DNA of 53,510 nucleotides from Rotaria socialis (taxonomy: Eukaryota): NCBI GenBank assembly GCA_905331295.1, contig CAJNYD010000009.1, positions 1 through 53,510 of the forward strand, read 5' to 3'. How positions within the stretch are numbered: the stretch's first letter is position 1; each line of letters opens with the position of its first letter. Position numbers and translations under genes: made by a program. This document shows positions 43,738-53,510 of this stretch, piece after piece. The notes under the pieces were generated by a model. It was not told the DNA's origin, made no database searches, and saw only the letters and a list, made by a program, of their open reading frames with translations.

Positions 43738-45533
43738 GGTAACTGATTTTTGTGATTTTTTGCAAATCTAAAATATTTCTATGAGCATATTAAACTTTAT
43801 GCATCTGCAATATTTGAATAGAATAAATCTTATTTTGAATATACATTAAGTATATGTATGTGTAAATATTAATGGTACAACTGAAGAAGAAGAACAACAA
43901 CATCGCTTACAATAATTGCTGCGATTGGTAGAGGCAGATCAACGAGTATCAGTGCCATGGTGTCGTTCTTTCTGCAGTTGTACCTTTAATTCCGTCGTAT
44001 CATATGAATAATTCCGTCTGTAATGCGCGGTAAATATTACCGAATGGAAATATTCTTCTCGAGTTCTTTTTGATGTTTTCTTCTATTTAGTGATATTGGT
44101 TAGACATCAATGACACAAATAGATAAAATAATAAAGAAAGTAAAACCGATAGTAAAAATTATGGATTTTTTCTATAAATAGTGGCGTATCTACACGAGCA
44201 TTCATTTCCCGATTCTTTGTCATCAATTTAGTACTGAATGTGTCTAACCAGTAGGAAGTGAAGGAATAAAAAAAAAGATGGTACCGTTAGGGGTCGATAG
44301 TGACCGTAAAACTTTCTTTTTCCTTCGTTATTAAGTTTTCCTTGTTTGAAATATTTCTCACGGTGAGTACATAAAGAATAGAAATAGTGTGCTGATGACG
44401 TATCATGAAACATTCTTTTGGCATGCCATGATTTATCAATTTTTTACTTTAGTCGTTTTTTACAAAATTTCCCAAACAATTTTCTTATTTTATCAAAAAA
44501 AAGATTCAATTTTGAGCAATTATTTTACTTTTCGGATGCTTGATCAATTTAAAAGACTGCGCTCCGTACATCCCTTTCATATGTAAAAGATAGTAAATCT
44601 TCAATCATCTTTAAACATATATGAAACTGTGTTGTGACAAAAAGTATTCTCATATGAATACGTTTCTCAAGAATCTAATGAAAAAATATAGCAGAAGCTT
44701 CAGATATTTAATACTGAATTTTTTAGTATCGGCTGTAAAAACTATTCGATCACAAACAAGTAAATTAATTCATCTATTCTGAGTTCTGTTATCAATTAAA
44801 ATACACAAGATAAATGTCAATATTTACTCTTATCTGATCTTTTTTAAATTCCATTCTGACGCATCAATTAGACAATATACTGAACAGCTTTGATGACACT
44901 GTCGATCGATCTTCGTCATATACAACTGAAATTATATATTATCGTGACAAATAAATCTTAGCTGTCAGATCTTTGGCATGTTCATTGATTCAATCATCTT
45001 TGATCTTTTGGTCTTTAAAGCAATTACTAATCCTATCTGATTCTTTTCCATCATCATCAATAAACTATCTTGAATGAATCTAAAAATGTACTTTCCAGTA
45101 TTTGCCTCCAAGTCAATTAGCTATTATTGTTGGGAAAACACACGGTGAGGACAGCTATTTTACCCAATAATTCAAATGTGCTTACCCTAAAAAGCAGATC
45201 TCAATACGAATATGCCGATTATCACTATAGTTTATTCATGTCTTCATTCATGCCATCGTTCGATCGGTAATTACAATGAAGATTTTAATTGGAGATGCAG
45301 ATCGAAGAAGAAACTAAACAACATACGAAATCAATTGCTTTTCTTTTGATAGAAGTCAATAGATTTATTCAAACTAGAGAGAAAAGATGATCTTGAAAAA
45401 TAATTTATTAGAGAAAATGTAAGAGCATCATTAATTGTACATGGATAAAGAAAATCAAGAACGTTAGGAAAAGAATTTCGTAATCGAAGAGACAAAAACA
45501 AAATAAGAAATATGAATAATGAATTGTTTTATA

Positions 45534-48521
45534 TCATTCGCATAGGCGATAAGCAATCGATTGTGTACCATTGGATGACTCACTTAGCTCAAAAATATAT
45601 GCAATACACAAAAGTAATTCATTGGTATCTTTCGATACTACTGTCTAAATAAAAATAGAACAATTAAAAAATAAGAACAGAAATATGAACTTACTTGAAG
45701 TACTCGTAAATGTTCAAGTACAGTATTCATCATTTCACGTTTATGCAATCCTACTTTTAGTTTTCTTATAAAATCAATCATAAAATTACACATTGTTGTG
45801 TCTGTTGAACGATGAATATATTTATTGATTAAATCATTATATGCTGTTGTGCCATTCTAGAAAAGTAAACATCGTTTTCTTTAAACATTGTTGGTAATAT
45901 TAAATTTATTACTTCAATTTTTTCTACAATTGTTTTACCGAATGAACACGCTTTTGTTGTTATGCATACATTCATATTATCGTCGAAACTTTCAAAACTA
46001 GAAAGTATTTTGAACGCAAAAAAGTGAAGTCAGGAACAAAAAACAAGTCAAATTTATTTACATAGTACAATGATGATATGTATCTGTTGAATTTTCTTCA
46101 TAATCTACATTGACCTGTAAGAAAAACGAACATACTATATTTAAAAGCATTGAATATCAATGGATTCTGTACATACCCAAACTTTAACAATATAAAATGC
46201 ATCTCTAGGTCCTTTCGTATAAAGTTCTTTTAACATAGGAAATAGATCAATAATTTGGTGCACTTTGATACTCTTTACAAAAGAGAAAAAGAAAAACATC
46301 ATTGATAAATTAAAGAAATATGTAGGTCTATATTTAACACCAACATGCAAACCAATTCAATAATGTGTTGAATGAATTTCTATAGTAACAAGTTATTGAC
46401 TCATAACTTCTACTATTCATAAAGGATACGTTGCAACACATAAAAATACATTCTTAATCAGATTCTTCCAGTAAGCAAGTAATTAAGTAAATTTTCCTGA
46501 GAGACTTTAAATCGGAGTTTATTACATAACTTTCTGTATGATTGTCGACTCGTACGTCTGTTGAACGATACTTCTATTTCGGCTGATTTACAGCCAATTT
46601 TTCCAATTTGTTCTATTCAAGATTTATAAATATCTTTCGTAGATCACAATATCAGCTTGATCATCATAGAACAATACGAAAAATATCAAGAAAACAAACA
46701 AAAAGAATGAGATAATTTTGAGTCGAATGAAGATATTTATCTAGACTTTCAAAATGATCATGCAAAGAGTTTTCAAATATTGACTCTGACACATAAGAAG
46801 AATAAAAAAGAGCATTTCATCATATCACTTGAGTATACGTCGAAAACTATAGATGAAGCTTTTGAGAAAACTCCTTTCAAAATCTCAACAAACAACTTAA
46901 ATCATCATCCGATTGTTGAGTACATCAAAGTCCATATATGTCCAACTTGAAACTTGAATTCAATTGAAAATTGAAATTTTCAACTTGTAAACCAATAGCT
47001 TTCTGAAGAATAGTGACTCACACATACGTATATCGCCATAAGTTGAAAGTTGAAAGTTGAAATTTTCAACTGAAGTTATGTTTGAAGTTTGACACTACTG
47101 TCAAAGTCATTCTTATTTCGATAAAAAATGCTTCAGCCAACATTGATTTACCTTCTATGCTGATTTTAGTTATAGTTCAATTAGCTTACTTCAGATTTCA
47201 TATCAGTACCAGCTTCTTCACTGACACGCATTAGATAATGTCTCTAGAAAGAAAATATTCTTCAAGTTAAGCAAAAATCAAATTTTTATATTGAGTTTAT
47301 TACTAGATTAGCATCGGATTTTGATTGAATATATCCAGCAAATTCAAGAAGCTTCAGTCGATTAGAAGTTATAGAAGGTGTCATGACATTTGCTGCTGAA
47401 ACAAAATCTGTTGTGGTTGATGAAAATGTTTTCATACTTAGAAAAAATAAATCTGTATTTTGAAAAATAATAAATTCAATCAAATGAAACATACTCCATA
47501 GATGGCTGTTGCCAAAGAATGGGTGTTGTTGGTTTGAACGATAATGTTGGTGTTGATGAAAAAAATGGCACAGGTGTATGTTGATGTGCATAGTAGGTTG
47601 ACGTGCTATCACCAATAATTGTTGATGATGTAGTTGGATTGTGTAATTGATGATAATGTTGATTATAAACTAATGGACGATGTGGTTCTTTAAAATTCGG
47701 ATCCTAAATTGATAATATATTTTTTTTGTTCAAAGAAAATACTGAATTGTTTATTTTTCTAGGTTTACTTTAAAAAATGTTTGAAGTTCTTTTGATTTTC
47801 TTTTTGCAAGAACTTGAATATGTGATGATACTTGTTTACGTGTACGTAATTTACCCGTACGCATTTTAATATAACGTGAAATAAGTTCATTTCTACCGAA
47901 CATTTTACCTTCATCTGATAAAATAATTTTGCGTCGACCACATGGAGGATAAATAGTTAATGCTTCCTAAATGAATTGATGAGATGAATTAAAAAAATAA
48001 GAATTCTATATTAAATCAATTAGAAAAATGATACATGAAAACTTTGCTCAATGTCAGGACTCCAAACACCTTCACCATCATTGTTTTGATCATCATCTAG
48101 TTCATCGGTCGATGTGGATTCTTCTGATTTAATTGAACAATTTGTACGATCGAAATCTTTAACAAACTGTAATGATGATGGCCAACTTGACAACATACTA
48201 AAAAAAGGAAACATAAATACAAATAAATCATGTTATAGTGATGATCATCGAGGACATAAGAGATAATGTAACAATCATCAAAAAAAAAAGAAAGTTACAT
48301 CATACAAACACACACACACGCACACACAGAAGTTAATTCGATGAGTAAATAAAACATGTTGTTTGTTTCGAGCTTAATAAGAAATGATCTACTCGTGGCA
48401 ATAGTCCACCACATGTGGGGTGATTTAAAAGTACAATGTCAATAAATAAAAGGAAAAATAATTGTTTTTTTCTTCTTCGTCAAACTAACACTTACTTCAT
48501 TCGATTGCTGGTGCTCATCAT
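45534..48521 (-). CDS. TEAD: TEA-domain transcription factor (TEAD/scalloped), multi-exon
   Basis: [70 protein letters not shown]-binding domain with [55 protein letters not shown]. Stop 45534-45536. A short first exon (48521-48496) splices in frame. Confidence 0.95.
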
Positions 48522-50680
48522 TGTCTTTAAAAAATTATTTTACTGTCAAAATATAAATATATCAGAATGAGAGAGAAGATTTCTCTGACGATTTCGAATA
48601 TGTATAATGCAATACTGAATAAACACACGTACATAAAGATACCAGAAAGAATGTAGGAGACTATTTTTCTATGCAATGCTAGAGATAAAATAGTCGTGCC
48701 ATCATGATCCACCCACAAATAAAAAATATTAACCAATCCTTCGACTCTTCTCTCTTTCAGGTATGTAATATTATCTTTTCTGATTTTCTTATTCTTCTGC
48801 ATTTTTTTCCATTAGATGAGGAACAGCTAGACATTAGATCTTATCTATCAAGAACACAAGCGAATCTAAATGATTCAGTAACAAAAAACAAGAAGATTAA
48901 GCGTAACAATATTTTTTTCCAATAAACTAATAAGCAGAATAAATGACTTACTTCGAAACTATTGTAGTCATTCTTGTTATGTTGATCTAAAATAAAAACA
49001 AACGAAAATTATTCAGCAGCTGTTAACAACCATTTTCATCGGTGAAGTATGTCAGTGTATTCGTTTGTGAATGACAATTATAGAGAGGAAAGATAGTGGA
49101 CAGTTGGTAAATTGTTTGTGAAAAAAGATCACCTGCTTCTTTTTCTTCTTCTTCTTTTACAGGTGATCGATGTCATGAACATTATTGTTTTTTTCGCTTT
49201 CTCTTTCAAGTGAAACGTTCAATAAAGTAGCAGGCTTATATCACACTATAGACCGTTTGAATGAACGGAAAACAAAAAAAACCTGACGTGTTAATCATCA
49301 ACGAAGATGAGTTTATATGAGTGATGGTGAATCAGCATGATGATATATGATAGAAGGAAAAAAGTGAAACTGTTGTGTGTCATCAAGAATAAACTAATTG
49401 ATGAACATCAATAGAATATAAAGGATGCTACACGATTGATGAATTCAAAAGAACAGCTTGACTTCTTGTTATTCATTGGCAGATGATCATTTTAACAAAG
49501 ATCGATATACAAACGACAGTAAGATCAACCAAAACAGATACAATTGAAGTATAAATATCAATATTACTGAGGTTTGATGAGAACTAAATTTAGTTCTACA
49601 ACGATAAAGTTAATCAAATAATCATGTGAAACTGATTGTGTATGATGTGCTAATGATCGGTAATTTAAGAATCGAAATGAAATATGTGCTCCTTTTTATT
49701 ATTTTAAATTCTTACCTGTTCTTTGAATGAAACATGCCGATTTATTTTGATATGTTACTCAATTTCCTTCCCTTTTCTATTACATACTTCACTTTCAATT
49801 GCTCAATTCAAAAGTACTTTTTCAAACTTTCTTCTCATATCGGCAACGGTAGCAGACATTCAAGTATGAAAATAAATCTCATAAGAGGCCGTATTTCGAC
49901 AAGAATCACTTACTCATTAACGGTCACCTCTTAATACAAATATAATTTTACGAAAGCAATAATTATCTGACACTTAAGATATATTTTATAATGATAGCGT
50001 ATGAAAGGTGGCGTACACCTGAGAATACTCAATTTCATACTTATTTCTTCTAGCATAAAATAAAATAACAAGAACAACAAATAAGCGAGAATAAACGAAG
50101 ATACATATGTTTAATTACATGAACATGAATGAAGTATTAAGTTTAACATACATTTCGAACGTGACAAAGTGACGTTTTTCCTAGTATTCTTCAAGTATAG
50201 CTCAATGTTAAAATTATTTATGATTACAATACTTCACTGAAAAACTCTTTCGAACTGATTAAAAATCTTAAGAAAATTTTCCTTGATAAGAATCGTAATT
50301 CATTAATAATGAAAACTTTGCTCCTTGAAAAGAATACAATCATGATTAGTACAAGCGATCTACTGGTAGATGCTTTCCTTAAATAATAGTTGAATGCCAA
50401 TGATTATTGATTATGATTTGAAATTTAAAATATTTTTTCTTGCTGTTATTTATACAAAAACAATCAACAAATGTACATAGACAAAGACAGCCACAACGAA
50501 AATTATTTATTTTTGTTGGAAAACATGCATACAAACACGCACAATGATATTATCCATTAGTTCTTTAATTGTTTCTTTCTTCTCCTTTCAAACACATATA
50601 CATAGACAAAACATTTATGAATAGAAGAAAAATTTGCATGAACATGTATAGAGGAATTTTAAATTGATAACAAAAAGTAA

Positions 50681-53161
50681 TTAATTTCGGAAAAGGAGTC
50701 GTTCAATGGCTGCATTCACATCTCCCATTGTTGCTGATAGAGCTGAAAAGATATTGACATGTTTAAGAAATTTGATCATAAACAAAAACATCGATTACCT
50801 TGCAAATTTGCTTCACGATTAGTAAAACCCATCGAAACAAGTTGTTCTAATTGAACAGCATAGCGCTGATCTGGTGGCGTATTCTAGATATCATAGAGAA
50901 AAAGGAAGATAGAATAAAGCAGAAAGACAATTTTCACTAGAACATACAAGATTTTGATTTGACATCATATTCAACATTTGAGCAAATACACCTCCAAAAC
51001 CATTTGGATCATTTGATAATGGTGTTGTAATATCGGCTGTTCTTGGTGCTGAATTTGATGATGTCGATTGAGGATTCGATGGCACAGTTCCTGTATTATT
51101 TGGTGCTATTAAACCAGTTGGATCGAAACGAAGACCACCTGGTAAGCCGCCACTAAAATTAATAAACAATTTTTATATACTATACTGGTACTTTAAAAGG
51201 TGTGATCATTTAACTAACGCTTGAAATAGATTGGGTGCTGCTACACGCAAACGTTGAAGCCCTATACAAAAAGGGAAAAGAACATTATTGTTTTGATAGA
51301 TCAAGTATACCGACCTTCATGAACTTGTGTTATAGCTTCAAGCGCTTCGCGATTTTGCATCAAACCTTGTAATTCAGGATTTCTCATTTGTTCCATCATA
51401 TTTGGTAATGCATTAAGCATTTGTTCGCGCAATTCAGGATTATTTGCAAACATTGGATTATTAGAAACCATTTGTCTTGATATGTCCGGATTAGCCACAA
51501 GTGAATCCATTAATGGTTGCATATGAGGTGCACTAAGAATGCTTTCAAGTAAACGGGGATTTTGAAGTAATTGTGACATATAATTTTGCATCGTTGGGGA
51601 ATTTAAGCTAGGCGAACCATCGGTAGCATTAGTCGGTAATGCTGAACCTGCCGGTTGTTGTTGTGAAGTATGTGTTGTAGTAGTAGATGGTTGTTGCACT
51701 TGACGAGGAGTTGTAGAAGCTACAGCAGTACCGCGTGGTGCCCAGGGATTTGGTAATGGATCAGTGTTTTCAGTACGCGATGCTGCTGTGTTTTCTATAT
51801 GAAAAAACAATAACATGAAGATAATCAAAAAACAAAACCTTTTCTCAATACTACCATTTCCAGTAAATAATTGTGCAAATGGATTATTACCAAATTGCTC
51901 TTGTGCTGCTGAATACATGGGTTCTTGTACATCATGATAAATTCGTTGTAAAGCATTGAAACCACCTGGAATACTCTGTGAAAGGGAAATTTTTGAAAAA
52001 TACTCAATAACCTATATTAGGTCTCCAAAGCACGACACTGTCATGCTTTTTTGCAGTTTAGAATATTTTAAAACGTATGTTTCTTATATGAGAGGAATTC
52101 CTACATCCAAAGCAATCTATTAGAAAATTGTAAATAGTTTATTTTCATCGTGATCATGCGTTGAACATTATCGCAAAATTTTAATGTATGAAAAATCATG
52201 TTGAAAAATAAGCCAAGTTAGTGTACTTATTGAATTCAAATAACTAGATGTGCTAGTTGGTTTTAAAGAGTCAGGTTATTTACTATTTAGTTTCATTTAT
52301 ATAGTTTCAATTCAGAAAAGAAAACGCCTCTATTTAATGTAGTTGTGACTACAATCGATTTTACTTTTGGATGAGCAAAATCATTGAATAGAATAAATCT
52401 TGAGGGTGTCTATTATTTATTCGTTAAATGAGCTTTCAAGCTTTTTTGTATCAAGATTTTCAATTGCTATCACTAGCGAGGTGAAAAACTCATGGAACTA
52501 ATTTTGATGAAAAAGTCAGATTATGTTCCATTTTCTAAAGTACGAAGTCTTCTTTAGAAAGCAAAATAAAGGTTAGAATGGTTGAGCCAGTAAAGATTTA
52601 AATTCGTTTATTTCCAAAAGAAATATCCGTCTCAATCACGTGGCTTAGTACGAGATGTAACTAGTAAAACTTACTTCAAGATTACTCAATGCACGATCAT
52701 GATTACGCATAAGTTCTTGTAATGCTGTTGGATTACGAGCGAATTCCATTGTTTGACGAAGTAGATCAGGATTATTAAGTAAATGTGATATTTCAGGATT
52801 GCGCTATAAAATAGATTTTTATTTATCTTCCATTTCACATCTTTATTTTTTCGAATTGATTTTTACCTCCATTAAGTCACGGATCTGTGGATTACTAAGN
52901 NNNNNNNNNNNNNNNNNNNNNNNNNNNNNNNNNNNNNNNNNNNNNNNNNNNNNNNNNNNNNNNNNNNNNNNNNNNNNNNNNNNNNNNNNNNNNNNNNNNT
53001 ATTTATTATAAATATATATATTTCTATTGAATTACTTGTTGTTGAAGTTGTTGTTGCATATCACCAAAATTTAAAGTATCCATACCTGGCATACCACCAA
53101 GACCGAATGGAAAATTGCCAACTGGATTTGGTTGTTGAGTTGGAACTGTATGCGTAGTAGG
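50681..53161 (-). CDS. UBQLN: Ubiquilin, 3' part (STI1 repeats + UBA); 5' exons with the UBL domain lie beyond the window
   Basis: [103 protein letters not shown]. One exon is broken by the N gap. Confidence 0.95.
52900..53000. other. Assembly gap (N run) within the ubiquilin gene
   Basis: Run of N characters. Confidence 0.99.
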
Positions 53162-53510
53162 CTAGAAAATGTTAATAGTTATTATTTTCAAATAATAATT
53201 TCTATCTGAATAAATTTCGAATTCGATCAAAGCATTCATTAATTCGATGACTAGTATGATTTTTAAATAAATTTAAGGATCAAATTTAAAAAATCATTAC
53301 GGTACCTGTAACAAATTTTTACGTACCAACTCTTTTTTTTTTTTGAAGCTCAAATTCTCTGCATTGTCTATCTTTCAGAACTGATTTAAATCTCTAAATC
53401 AATGCTATTCCAATCATAAAATTTAGATTTTGTTATAGATTAAAAATGAAGATAACGAAGAAAAATATTTATTGAGCACCTATTGAATCAAATTCAAAAT
53501 AGACTTATAA

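Noticed and set aside
46940..47095. CAACTT/AAGTTG-rich fold-back in a TEAD intron
   Set aside because: Probably a degraded repeat; boundaries and TSD cannot be defined.

Overview
AT-rich eukaryotic (animal) DNA with many short (~50-70 nt) GT-AG introns. Intron size, the divergent F-box-like family and the intron-bearing genes of non-metazoan type suggest a bdelloid rotifer (inference). Gene order: class A GPCR (+), membralin/TMEM259 (-), an RS-rich makorin-like RING+CCCH gene (+), a decayed CCT4 pseudogene with an inserted TIR element, a somatostatin/allatostatin-C-type GPCR (-), an F-box-like gene (-), a nest of Helentron/DINE-1-like elements, a 5-exon U-box-vWA-Vwaint-Vint(Hint) gene (+), a stand-alone glutathionylspermidine-amidase-type CHAP gene (+), a second F-box-like gene (-), TEAD/scalloped (-), and the 3' part of ubiquilin (-). 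The most notable system is the Vint gene: a putative ubiquitin ligase with a Hedgehog/intein-like autoprocessing domain and a C-terminal tail. It lies next to a bacterial/protist-type amidase in what looks like an accessory, probably horizontally acquired, island. All exon structures were read by hand, and family calls rest on recalled motifs, not database searches.
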